Part shown: positions 16,940-24,959 of the stretch, one piece after another | Layout of the letters: every line of letters starts with the position of its first letter | How positions within the stretch are numbered: the stretch's first letter is position 1 | IMG/VR virus record: IMGVR_UViG_3300037439_000134 | Location: 1 to 50,194 of that record | Length of the DNA stretch: 50,194 nt | Direction: 5' to 3' (one strand) | From: a virus | Lineage: Duplodnaviria > Caudoviricetes | The notes under the pieces: generated by a model | What the model was told of the DNA's origin: nothing | Database searches by the model: none | Seen by the model: only the letters and a program-made list of their open reading frames with translations | Program-made: the position numbers and the translations under genes

Positions 16940-17302
16940 CTACGTGGCGCCGGTCATCCGCCGCCGGACCAGCCACCACCAGCACGCCGCCGCGTACCAG
17001 CAGGCGAAGTACAGCCACACCCCGGCCGCCACCTGGACCGCCCCGGCCCACGGCGACGGCAGCCGGCCGGTAGCCCACCCGAGCGGCCACCACGTCACCG
17101 CGCCCACCGCCGCCGCGGCGAGTAGCCCGAAGGCCACCGGGGTCCGGCGGGGCAGCGGCCCGTACCAGCGCCACGCCAACGCGGACAGCAGCGGCCGGCC
17201 GGCCATCCAGCCCAGCGCACGCAGCGCGAGGTCGTGGACCCGCTCCGGGTCGCCCCGGGCTGCGGCGTACAACACTGGCCGGACCAGCCGCTCGTAGATC
17301 AC
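16940..17302 (-). CDS. Membrane protein with N-terminus resembling class 2 dihydroorotate dehydrogenase (PyrD)
   Basis: MIYERLVRPVLY...DPERVHDLALRAL...VAFG, then two hydrophobic helices; no FMN barrel. Confidence 0.6.
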   Translation of the reverse strand: MIYERLVRPVLYAAARGDPERVHDLALRALGWMAGRPLLSALAWRWYGPLPRRTPVAFGLLAAAAVGAVTWWPLGWATGRLPSPWAGAVQVAAGVWLYFACWYAAACWWWLVRRRMTGAT

Positions 17303-17330
17303 GGCAGGCAGTCGGGGCAGGGGCGGGCCA

Positions 17331-17666
17331 TCAGGACTCCGGCCCGCCAGCCACGAACACCGTGCCCAGCTCGTCGTCGGCGAACGCGCCGGTCTCGCCA
17401 GCGGCCAGCGACCGGGCGTGCTCGGCGGAGGTCGCCGGGCGGATCTCCCGGCCGGTGTCGTAGGCGGTCAAGATCCCCCAGTCGGTGTCGCCGGGGTCGA
17501 TCGCCGGGTGCTGCGAGAAGTCGTAGTTGCCGTTGCGCTCCAGGCCCCGCAGTTCGTCGGCGCCGAAGTTCTCGAAGTCGGCCACGTCCTGCGCGTCGGC
17601 CGGGTTGTACTTCCAGCCGCCCATGCTGATCGGGGTGGAGGCGGACTCAGGGCTCTGCGTGTTCAT
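17331..17666 (-). CDS. Acidic hypothetical protein
   Basis: SD GAAAGG upstream of ATG 17666; strong GC3 bias. Confidence 0.7.
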   Translation of the reverse strand: MNTQSPESASTPISMGGWKYNPADAQDVADFENFGADELRGLERNGNYDFSQHPAIDPGDTDWGILTAYDTGREIRPATSAEHARSLAAGETGAFADDELGTVFVAGGPES

Positions 17667-17759
17667 CAAGATCAACCTTTCGGGTGGTGGGGGTGGTGGT
17701 GTCTGCCAGTCTGGCCGACTCGGCAGGGCTCCGGTGTCCCGGAGCCCCCACCGGGCTGG

Positions 17760-18005
17760 TCAGCGGGCTGGGCCTAGCAGGTGCTCGCCGGGCAGCAGCG
17801 GCCACCCGTCCAGATGGGTACGCTCCGGGGTCGGTTCCGGCAGGGCGTCGAGCTGGTCGCTGAGCCGGCGGCAGATCGCTTCCTGCCGCGCGGCCAGGGC
17901 GGACTGTCCGGCCTCCACTGCCAGGTTCCGGATCTCCTCGTTGTCGTTGAGCTGCTTACGGATCCTGTCCCTCTGGGTCATTTCCTGTCCCTCTCTCTCG
18001 CTCAT
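17760..18005 (-). CDS. Hypothetical protein (start 18005 leaderless, or 17981)
   Basis: TACAGT -10 lies 6 nt upstream of ATG 18005; a purine-rich SD precedes ATG 17981. Confidence 0.6.
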   Translation of the reverse strand: MSEREGQEMTQRDRIRKQLNDNEEIRNLAVEAGQSALAARQEAICRRLSDQLDALPEPTPERTHLDGWPLLPGEHLLGPAR

Positions 18006-18011
18006 GTCTCT

Positions 18012-18116
18012 ACTGTACACCGCGCGGTGCGCGGTCACAAGCCCAATGGGAGGGATGTGACATGACTCACACCGCGCGGTGTACAGTCCGGACGCGCCTA
18101 CCGGGCGGTGTACGGT
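18012..18116. promoter_or_regulatory. Divergent promoters with three operator-like sites
   Basis: Perfect 18-bp inverted repeat (18012-18029 / 18070-18087), each arm containing palindrome CACCGCGCGGTG; degenerate third copy near 18100-18116; each abuts a TACAGT/TACGGT -10. Confidence 0.75.
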
Positions 18117-18122
18117 CAAGCC

Positions 18123-18344
18123 ATGAAAGAGCTGATCGGCAACGAGGCGGCGGCCGAGTACGTCGGCGTCTCGGCCAACACGTGGCGGCCGTACGTCGCG
18201 CGCGGCCACGCCCCCCCGCCCGACCGCCGGGAGATCAAGGGTGGCCACGCCGTGCCGGTGTGGCGCAAGAGCACCCTGGACCGGTGGATGCGGGACCGGC
18301 CGGGGCCGGGCGCGCGAACTGATCTTGATCGGAGTACGAAGTGA
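18123..18344 (+). CDS. AlpA/Xis/MerR-like HTH DNA-binding protein
   Basis: LIGNEAAAEYVGVSANTWRPYVARGHAPPPD...PVWRKSTLDRW. Confidence 0.8.
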   Translation: MKELIGNEAAAEYVGVSANTWRPYVARGHAPPPDRREIKGGHAVPVWRKSTLDRWMRDRPGPGARTDLDRSTK

Positions 18345-18661
18345 TCACCCCGACCACACCCGAGGGCCTGGCCCAGTACGACCACCTGCCTCCGCTGTCC
18401 GCGATCATGGCCGCGTGGACCCGCCCCGGCCGGCGCCCGGACTGGCACGCCCGGGCGCAGCAGGCCGCCCGCGCGGCCATGCCGCACGTCACCGACCACC
18501 TGGACGCCGGCAACGCGCAACGGGCGGTGACCCGGTGGATGGACAGCACGTTCATGCCCAACCTGACCGGCAGGCAGCGGGACAACCTGCGCGAGGCCAT
18601 GCCGGTGCTGGTCCGCGCGCTGAGTCGGGCGGTGGCCGAGCGGCGGGAGGAGGCATCATGA
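18341..18661 (+). CDS. Hypothetical protein
   Basis: GTGA/ATGA coupling on both sides. Confidence 0.65.
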   Translation: MITPTTPEGLAQYDHLPPLSAIMAAWTRPGRRPDWHARAQQAARAAMPHVTDHLDAGNAQRAVTRWMDSTFMPNLTGRQRDNLREAMPVLVRALSRAVAERREEAS

Positions 18662-18972
18662 CCCTGACCGAGTTCCTGGCCGCACGGCTGGACGAGGACG
18701 AGCGGGTAGCACATGAGGCCGCCGAGTCAGACGCGATGACGTCCAAGCCGTCAACGCCACCGACGCGGAAGTGGACCCACATCGCCCGCCACGACCCGGC
18801 GCGGGTGCTGGCCGAGGTGGAGGCCAAGCGGCGCATCGTGGAGATGGGCGCCAGCTACGTGCCAGAGCTGGAGCACGGCGACAACGGTGAGTGGGCGCTC
18901 GACGCGACGCTGCGCCTGCTCGCCCTGCCCTACGCCGACCACCCGGACTACCGGCAGGAGTGGCGCCCCTGA
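18658..18972 (+). CDS. DUF6221-like actinobacterial phage protein
   Basis: EFLAARLDEDE...HIARHDPARVLAEVEAKRRIV...LALPYADHPDYRQEWRP. Confidence 0.8.
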   Translation: MTLTEFLAARLDEDERVAHEAAESDAMTSKPSTPPTRKWTHIARHDPARVLAEVEAKRRIVEMGASYVPELEHGDNGEWALDATLRLLALPYADHPDYRQEWRP

Positions 18973-18973
18973 G

Positions 18974-19132
18974 CTACGCCGGCCGCTCCGGGTCCCGCTC
19001 GGCGAGGTAGCTCTCCAGCGCGGCCAGCACCAACCCGGACACGGGCATCCGGTGACGGCGGGCGTACCGCTCTGCCCGCTCCCAGAGCGGCAGGTCCGCC
19101 TCGCGTACGTAGATCGCCGTAGCCTTTCCCAT
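18974..19132 (-). CDS. Ribbon-helix-helix DNA-binding protein (52 aa)
   Basis: MGKATAIYVREADLPLWERAERYARRHRMPVSGLVLAALESYL; SD AGGAG. Confidence 0.7.
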   Translation of the reverse strand: MGKATAIYVREADLPLWERAERYARRHRMPVSGLVLAALESYLAERDPERPA

Positions 19133-19600
19133 CTCTCCTAAGATCATGCTACGAAGGTCTTCACATGTCTTCGGATACGCGATACCGTGCCCGGTACCGG
19201 CCCGGGTGGCGGCCTCGGGCAGAGGGGGACGCCCGGGCCGGTGTCTCAAGGTGAACCCCGGCCGTCGTAGCGTCCAGCGCGTGGCGGCCGGGCGCCAACC
19301 CCCGGAGGTGCCCGTGGAACCGGTCGAGCCCGTCACCGACCTGGACGACCTGCAGGTGGCGCTGGTGGCCCGTGCGGCCGGTCAGCGGGTCGAGGTGGTC
19401 GACCCCCGCTGCGGGCTGGTGCTGCTGTCGCTGTCCCCGGCGCAGGCCCTGCAGCTGGTCCAGCGGGTCCAGCGGAGGCGCTGCGGGCGCCGTGGGACGA
19501 CTCCGCCGGGTGGGTGTCCGGCGCCGGGGCGCGTAACCAGCCGATCGTGTGACTCGTTGATCCGGCGGGACGGGATCTCGCGGGGGAGATGGGGAGCCCC

Positions 19601-20659
19601 TCATGCGCGTCGTCCTCTACGTGCCCGCCGGCCTGGAGCTGGCAACGATCGCGGCCCTGGCCGAGCAGTGCGACCGCCGCGGCTGGCGCGCCGTCTCCTA
19701 CACCCGGTCCTGGCCGGAGCTGGTGCGGCTGCTGGCTGACGGACACCGCGACCTGGGGGTGGTGGCGACCCGGGCGCACCTGAACCCGGCTCGGCTGCCC
19801 CGGCTGGTGGTGCTGGACGAGGAGCCGGCGGACCCGCAGCGTCCCCGCTGGCGGCGGTGACCTCCGGCAGCGCCAGCACCGCCGCCCGCCGGGCCCGGTC
19901 GCTGACGGCCGTGTAGATGGCGGTGGTGGCCGGGGAGGCGTGGCCGAGCAGTTCCTGGGTGACGCGGATGTCGCCGGTGGCTGCCTGCCACCAGGTGCCG
20001 GCCCAGTGGCGCAGCCGGTGCGCGGTCACCCCGGGCAGCCCGGCGTCCCGGCCGGCCCGGGAGACCATCCTCGAGACGTGCTTGGCGGTGACCCCGGCGA
20101 CCGGACCGGGTGGCAGCCCGGCCAGTGCCTGCCACAGCCGCGGGTGGGTGGGCACCGCCCGCTGCCGGTCGCCTTTGCCGTGCAGCCGGATCACCTGCTC
20201 GTCGACGTCCTCGCGGCGCAGGGTGGCGATCTCGCAGCAGCGCAGCCCGGCGTAGGCGGCCAGCAGGCACCAGGTCCGCGCCGGCTCCGCCGCGCGCTCG
20301 AGCAGGGTCGCCAGCTCGGCGTGGCTGACCGGCCGGGGCTCGCCGCGGCGGTGCCCCTTGGTGGCGACCTCGAGCATCGGGTTGACCGAGATCCGGTCTG
20401 TTCGTACGCACCACCGGTAGAACCCTCGCAGGCACACGGCCCGGCCGGCGCGGGAGTTGCGGGCGGGTACGGCGGCGATCCACTCGGCCAGCTCGTCGGG
20501 TGTGGCGAGCAGCCCGGCCGGCATCTGCCGGGCGGCGCGGCGCAGGGTGGTGGCGTAGGTCTGCAGGGTGGTGGCGGCCCTGCCGGCGAGTTCCAGGTGG
20601 CGTAGGTAGGCGGTGATGTGCGGGTGGTCCATCTGCTCATGGTGGGCGTCGGTGGTCAC
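19601..20659 (-). CDS. int: Tyrosine integrase, XerC/D-sized, no arm-binding domain
   Basis: Complete catalytic set: GLRCCEI, GKGDRQR, AHRLRH, LLGHAS, TAIYT. Confidence 0.93.
   Translation of the reverse strand: MTTDAHHEQMDHPHITAYLRHLELAGRAATTLQTYATTLRRAARQMPAGLLATPDELAEWIAAVPARNSRAGRAVCLRGFYRWCVRTDRISVNPMLEVATKGHRRGEPRPVSHAELATLLERAAEPARTWCLLAAYAGLRCCEIATLRREDVDEQVIRLHGKGDRQRAVPTHPRLWQALAGLPPGPVAGVTAKHVSRMVSRAGRDAGLPGVTAHRLRHWAGTWWQAATGDIRVTQELLGHASPATTAIYTAVSDRARRAAVLALPEVTAASGDAAGPPAPRPAPPAGAAEPGSGAPGSPPPPGRGVRQPAAAPAPARTGCRRRRASRGGRTARPGPRSLPAPGRRARRGRRA
19603..19860 (+). CDS. Small protein resembling a degenerate resolvase N-terminal fold
   Basis: SD GGGGAG; MRVVLYV...CDRRGW...WPELVRLLADGHRDLGVV pattern; GC3 bias on the + strand. 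Confidence 0.5.
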   Translation: MRVVLYVPAGLELATIAALAEQCDRRGWRAVSYTRSWPELVRLLADGHRDLGVVATRAHLNPARLPRLVVLDEEPADPQRPRWRR

Positions 20660-21030
20660 CGGGTCACTCCGGCGTGGGTCCAGGCTGGCCGGCCCGCGCG
20701 GGGGGGCCTGGCCGGTTTCGCGGTGGTGCGGACACGGTGGGGGTCGCCTGTTCGGCCGGCCGGTGTGGGCCGGGTGGCCGGCTGGGTCGAATACCTAATC
20801 TCCCGTTTGACCGGCGTCGGCAGCAGGTCGGCCACCTCGACGTCGAGCGCGTGGGCGATGCGCTCCAGGTCGTTGAGGCCGATCTCGGTGGTGCCGGTGA
20901 GCCGGTAGGAGACCCACGATCGGGACACGTGCAGCTTGGCTGCCAGGTCGCGGCCAGTGATGCGGTGCCGGGCGAGGATCGCCCGGATCTCCCCGGCCGC
21001 ATAGTCGCTCAGCGTCTGGGCGTCATCCAT
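20656..21030 (-). CDS. Immunity repressor (XRE HTH) coupled to int
   Basis: ITGRDLAAKLHVSRSWVSYRLTG HTH; GTGA overlap with int; divergent from the early operon. Confidence 0.82.
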   Translation of the reverse strand: MDDAQTLSDYAAGEIRAILARHRITGRDLAAKLHVSRSWVSYRLTGTTEIGLNDLERIAHALDVEVADLLPTPVKREIRYSTQPATRPTPAGRTGDPHRVRTTAKPARPPRAGRPAWTHAGVTR

Positions 21031-21036
21031 GCCGTG

Positions 21037-21161
21037 ATAGTCGCACAGAAACCGTGCATAGGTCTAGCCCTATGGGATGAGTCACCGGTCACCCGAACAG
21101 GTACAGTCTGCCGGCATTGTTCAGGCTGCACTTGACGCGGTCACGGATTCCGTGACACAGT
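21037..21161. promoter_or_regulatory. Lysis/lysogeny switch: two divergent leaderless promoters, each with an operator
   Basis: Rightward TTGACG(21132)-18-CACAGT with palindrome GTCACGGATTCCGTGAC (21140-21156). Leftward TAGACC-18-GACTAT with related GCACAGAAACCGTGC (21043-21057). Each -10 is 6 nt from its ATG. Confidence 0.75.
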
Positions 21162-21167
21162 CGCCAC

Positions 21168-21533
21168 ATGACCACCCTCGACACGGCAAGCCTGACCGAA
21201 CGGGCGATCGCCGAGATCCGGGCCGAGCTTGGCCGCCAGAACATGACCCGGGCCGGCCTGGCTGACCGCCTCGGCGTCGAGCGGAACTGGATCCACTACC
21301 GGCTTTCCGGTGAGACCAGCCTCCGCGTAGACGACGTCGAGCGGATCGCCGCTGCGCTCGGGGTGCCGATTTCGCAGCTCCTGCCCACGGCCACCACGGA
21401 CTCGCCCGCGACGGTGGGCGCCGGGGGCCGGGGAACCGGGGCCTCAGTACCTGCCGGCGACGGCCGGCAGGGAACAGGCCCCCAAGTACCCGGCCCAACC
21501 CGGACCGAGCCGACGCCGGGTGGTGCGTCGTGA
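21168..21533 (+). CDS. Cro-like XRE HTH protein
   Basis: MTRAGLADRLGVERNWIHYRLSG HTH; first gene of the early operon. Confidence 0.82.
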   Translation: MTTLDTASLTERAIAEIRAELGRQNMTRAGLADRLGVERNWIHYRLSGETSLRVDDVERIAAALGVPISQLLPTATTDSPATVGAGGRGTGASVPAGDGRQGTGPQVPGPTRTEPTPGGAS

Positions 21534-21790
21534 GGATCACCACCACCTACGAGCAGGTCACGCACCAGGTGAAGCGGCGCGTGAAGTGCGACGGCGGATG
21601 CGGCCGCACGCTCACCCGGCAGAGCACCTTCACCGCCACCGTCAACCCGTTCAACAAGAACCCGGACGGCACGGTCCGCACCTACGCCGAGGTCCACCGC
21701 AACCTGGTGGCCGAGGCCGAGCGGTGGCAGCCGACCGCGACGTGCCGAGTGTGCTCCGACTGGCGCCGGCTGATCGGCGGTGCGTCGTGA
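21530..21790 (+). CDS. Hypothetical zinc-ribbon-like protein
   Basis: CDGGC...CRVC; GTGA coupling. Confidence 0.7.
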   Translation: MRITTTYEQVTHQVKRRVKCDGGCGRTLTRQSTFTATVNPFNKNPDGTVRTYAEVHRNLVAEAERWQPTATCRVCSDWRRLIGGAS

Positions 21791-21878
21791 GCGCCCGCAA
21801 CCACCCCGGCCAGCCGGCGCCGCCGAAGCCGTGGGACGACCCGCCCGGCCTGCCACCGCAGCCCGGCCCGGTGACGTC

Positions 21879-22097
21879 GTGAGCCGCGCGGCGATGTACG
21901 TCTACGACCCGACCGGCGCCCCCGGCCTCGGCAGGTGCGTGATCTACGCCCACCGCCGCGCCGACGCCCGGTGGTACGTGGCCGACCTGCGCACCGGCCG
22001 GGAGACCTCCCACGCCACCCGCACCGAGGCGGCCGAGCGGCTGGTGGAGCTGGCCGCCGCCGACCCGGCGCTGACGCTCGGTGGTGTTCGGTCATGA
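21879..22097 (+). CDS. Hypothetical protein
   Basis: Coupled ORF with GC3 bias. Confidence 0.55.
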   Translation: MSRAAMYVYDPTGAPGLGRCVIYAHRRADARWYVADLRTGRETSHATRTEAAERLVELAAADPALTLGGVRS

Positions 22098-22273
22098 CCG
22101 AGAACAGCCTCACCTTCCCGTGCCCACTGTGCGGCGTGATCGTGACCGTCGTCGTGGACAACGTCAACGTCCAGGTCACCCCGCCCGATGCGGGCAAGGG
22201 ACTGAAGCGCTCCACCATCGCGGCGACCGCCATCGGTGTGACCAACCACGTCCACGGCAGGAGCAACTCATGA
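22094..22273 (+). CDS. Small hypothetical protein (CPLC)
   Basis: ATGA coupling on both sides. Confidence 0.55.
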   Translation: MTENSLTFPCPLCGVIVTVVVDNVNVQVTPPDAGKGLKRSTIAATAIGVTNHVHGRSNS

Positions 22274-22989
22274 CCGCCGCCACCACGCCAACCCTGCTGA
22301 CCGAGCAGGAGTACCAGGCCGCGCTCGCCGAGCTGGCCGACTACGAGAAGCGCATTGCCGAGTCCGATCGGCTGAGCCAGGCGGACAGCTTGGCCAAGGC
22401 CGAGATTCTCGACAAGCTCTACCGCGACCAGCGGTGGGTAGTCGAGCGCAATGCCGAGCGGACCGCGACGGCGAAGACTCCCCGGGGTGGCCGGCCGGTC
22501 GACCCGACCTCGCGGTCGCAGTTCTCCACCTGGGTACGCGGCCGGTATAACCGGATCGAGCCGCGTTTCGTCTATCGGCTACTGGACGCCCACGAGATCA
22601 CGCGTAGTTATTTGGCCGGCGGCCAAATAACTCCCACCAGCGAGTGGCAGGTCCGGCCGCTGAAGGTGCTGACCAAGGTCGCCCATGGGTCCGGTGTCCG
22701 CATCCCCGAAGTGTGGGACCTCGCCTGCAAGCTGGCCGCCGACGGAGGCCGCACCCAGCCCACCACCGACGACGTGCGGCAGGGCATCGCCGAGTGGAAG
22801 CGGCTCCACCTCACCCAGACGCAGCAGCGCCACGAGCTGGCCGTGGACCGCGCCGAGATCAAGCGGCGCAAGGCCGAGGCCGCCTGGCATGAGCTGCTGA
22901 AGATCGGCGGCACCGAGCACATCAACGCCTTCCTGGACACCATCCGCAAGGACGTGGAGCGGTTCGAGGAGACGGGAGAGCGGCCGTGA
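22270..22989 (+). CDS. Hypothetical helical protein
   Basis: SD AGGAG; 239 aa with PTSEWQVRPL motif. Confidence 0.75.
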   Translation: MTAATTPTLLTEQEYQAALAELADYEKRIAESDRLSQADSLAKAEILDKLYRDQRWVVERNAERTATAKTPRGGRPVDPTSRSQFSTWVRGRYNRIEPRFVYRLLDAHEITRSYLAGGQITPTSEWQVRPLKVLTKVAHGSGVRIPEVWDLACKLAADGGRTQPTTDDVRQGIAEWKRLHLTQTQQRHELAVDRAEIKRRKAEAAWHELLKIGGTEHINAFLDTIRKDVERFEETGERP

Positions 22990-23294
22990 GCTTCGAGGTA
23001 CGTCTCAACCGTCAGGCCGGTCCCGCCGAGCCGGAGGATGACCAGCTCTACGTGGGCGGTTGCCGCTGCGGCGCCCGGTGGCAGGGCGAGGCGATCGCCC
23101 ACTGCGCCACCTGCCACCTGACGTTCGCCTCGGCCACCGGGTTCGACGCCCACATGGACGGAAGGCGGGAACCACCACCCGGGTGCCGCACCGAGGCCGA
23201 GCTGCGCAAGCGCGGCCTGGAGCCGAACGAGAACGGCCACTGGCGCCGCCCGATGTCCGATGAGGCGCGTGGCCGAATCGGGGGCCTGCCGTGA
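22986..23294 (+). CDS. FDXHR-like zinc-binding phage protein
   Basis: CRCG...AHCATCHLTFASATGFDAH. Confidence 0.7.
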   Translation: MSFEVRLNRQAGPAEPEDDQLYVGGCRCGARWQGEAIAHCATCHLTFASATGFDAHMDGRREPPPGCRTEAELRKRGLEPNENGHWRRPMSDEARGRIGGLP

Positions 23295-23641
23295 GCCGGC
23301 ACCACCCGGTGGACCCGTCCCGCCGCACCGGCAACACCGGCGGACGCGGGGACTACCAGCGCGGCCACGCCGACGCCGCAGCCCGGATGGGCGGCGGCGG
23401 GAGCCGGCGCGGCTGCCGGTGGCTGGGGCTGCTGCTGCTGCCGCTCGCCCCGCTGCTGGCGGTGGCCGTGGCGCTGGCCAAGCACCGCGACCAGTCCGGG
23501 CCGCTCGGCTCACGCCGTGACAACCCGAAGCACGCCGCCGGCGACTGGGACGCCGAGCGCGACACCCCACCCGAGCACCAGGGCGGGTGGCCGGGAGGCC
23601 GCCGCCCGCCGCTGCGGGACAACACTGAGGAGACCCGATGA
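23291..23641 (+). CDS. Hypothetical single-TM protein
   Basis: Coupled on both sides; WLGLLLLPLAPLLAVAVALA. Confidence 0.45.
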   Translation: MSRHHPVDPSRRTGNTGGRGDYQRGHADAAARMGGGGSRRGCRWLGLLLLPLAPLLAVAVALAKHRDQSGPLGSRRDNPKHAAGDWDAERDTPPEHQGGWPGGRRPPLRDNTEETR

Positions 23642-24036
23642 CCACCACCACCAACCCCACCGTGGCCGAGCGGGTGAACGCTGGCGCCACGTGGTTGGAC
23701 CAGCGTGAGCCCGGCTGGGCCGACCGCATCGACCTCGACCAGCTGGACCTGGGGTCGGACTGCCGGTGCATCCTCGGTCAGCTCCACGACAACTACGGCG
23801 ATGGCATCGATGCGCTGGGGATACATTTCCTGTCGGGCCAGACCATGCAGTTCGGCTTCAACGCCTGGAACCTCGGCGGCGGCGAGTTCGACGAGTTGAC
23901 CGCCGCGTGGCGTGAGCTGATCAGCCAGCGCCGGGCCGGGCCGGACCACGGCGGCAGCCAGGCCTCCGGGGCCGCCTGGATCGCGGTGCTCATCTTCGCC
24001 GCGGTCCTGCTGGTGCTGTTCGGGAACTGGAGCTAG
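23638..24036 (+). CDS. Hypothetical protein with C-terminal TM
   Basis: SD GAGGAG; GATWLD...CILGQL motif. Confidence 0.7.
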   Translation: MTTTTNPTVAERVNAGATWLDQREPGWADRIDLDQLDLGSDCRCILGQLHDNYGDGIDALGIHFLSGQTMQFGFNAWNLGGGEFDELTAAWRELISQRRAGPDHGGSQASGAAWIAVLIFAAVLLVLFGNWS

Positions 24037-24040
24037 CGCC

Positions 24041-24259
24041 ATGGCCGGAGTCACCGCGATTGCCTGGCGGCCGTTCAACTCCCTGGCCTACGTGCCCGGT
24101 GTGATGGCGCTGCTGCCGGACACGCCATGGAGTGCGGAGTGGACGCGGTACCGCCCGCTTCCGCTGGCGGCCGGCGAAATCTGTGACCCGTGCTGGATGA
24201 CCCGCAAGGTGGTCACGACGGTCGGCCTGCGCCAGTGCCCGCATGGCGGTGCGCTGTGA
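24041..24259 (+). CDS. Hypothetical protein
   Basis: SD GGAG; coupled to the next ORF. Confidence 0.5.
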   Translation: MAGVTAIAWRPFNSLAYVPGVMALLPDTPWSAEWTRYRPLPLAAGEICDPCWMTRKVVTTVGLRQCPHGGAL

Positions 24260-24486
24260 TCCGCCACGCGACCACCCCGGGCGACCGTGGCAGCCAGCTG
24301 GCCGGCGAGGGTTGGCGGTACTGCCGTGGCGGCCGGGTACGGCACCGGATCACCGATGGACTCGGTGTGGAGCGGGGCCGGGGCGGGGCGCGTTGCGGAC
24401 TCTGGACCGAGTGGCTGGGAACCGGCAGCCAAGTCGAGTACGAGCTGCTGGCCAGCCTGCCGAAGTGCAGGCGGTGCGAGCCATGA
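24256..24486 (+). CDS. Hypothetical protein
   Basis: WLGTGSQVEYELLASLPKCRRC; coupled. Confidence 0.55.
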   Translation: MIRHATTPGDRGSQLAGEGWRYCRGGRVRHRITDGLGVERGRGGARCGLWTEWLGTGSQVEYELLASLPKCRRCEP

Positions 24487-24959
24487 TCCGCCACCACATC
24501 CGCGTGTGGGTCACCGGACTGGACCGGTTCGGCCTGGCCGTCGGGACCGCCTGCGTCGTGGTCATGGTCGGCGGCTGGTGCCTGCTCGCCGTGGTCTGGT
24601 CGCACCTGATGGGCATCGCCGCGGTCAACGCCGCGGCGGTGGCGCTGATCCCGCTGTGGCTGGTCGGGTCCGCCCTGGTCGGAATGCTCTACCCACGTCC
24701 GGCGCCCCCTTCGCCTCGGCGCCGGGCCGCCCCCGCAGCGGCCCCCCGCTGCGCCGGGGCACCGGCATCCCGCCCCGTTCGACATGCGGGGCGGGGTGCC
24801 GGCCGGCACCGTGTCCGGCCGGCGGTGCAGCTGCCCGCGCACCAGCGACCGGCGGCCTACTGGCCCGGCCGCGCCGCGGTCGGCTACCTATGCCCGCCCG
24901 AACGCGAGACCGCCCCCGCCGGGCTGGAGCCGGCGGGGGCAGAGAGAGGTAACCCATGA
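24483..24959 (+). CDS. Hypothetical membrane protein
   Basis: Two TM segments; coupled. Confidence 0.55.
   Translation: MIRHHIRVWVTGLDRFGLAVGTACVVVMVGGWCLLAVVWSHLMGIAAVNAAAVALIPLWLVGSALVGMLYPRPAPPSPRRRAAPAAAPRCAGAPASRPVRHAGRGAGRHRVRPAVQLPAHQRPAAYWPGRAAVGYLCPPERETAPAGLEPAGAERGNP

Noticed and set aside
20656-20830. tRNA-derived attP core or a tRNA gene
   Set aside because: No cloverleaf or T-loop consensus is recognisable here, and I noticed no tRNA elsewhere; tRNAscan would be decisive.
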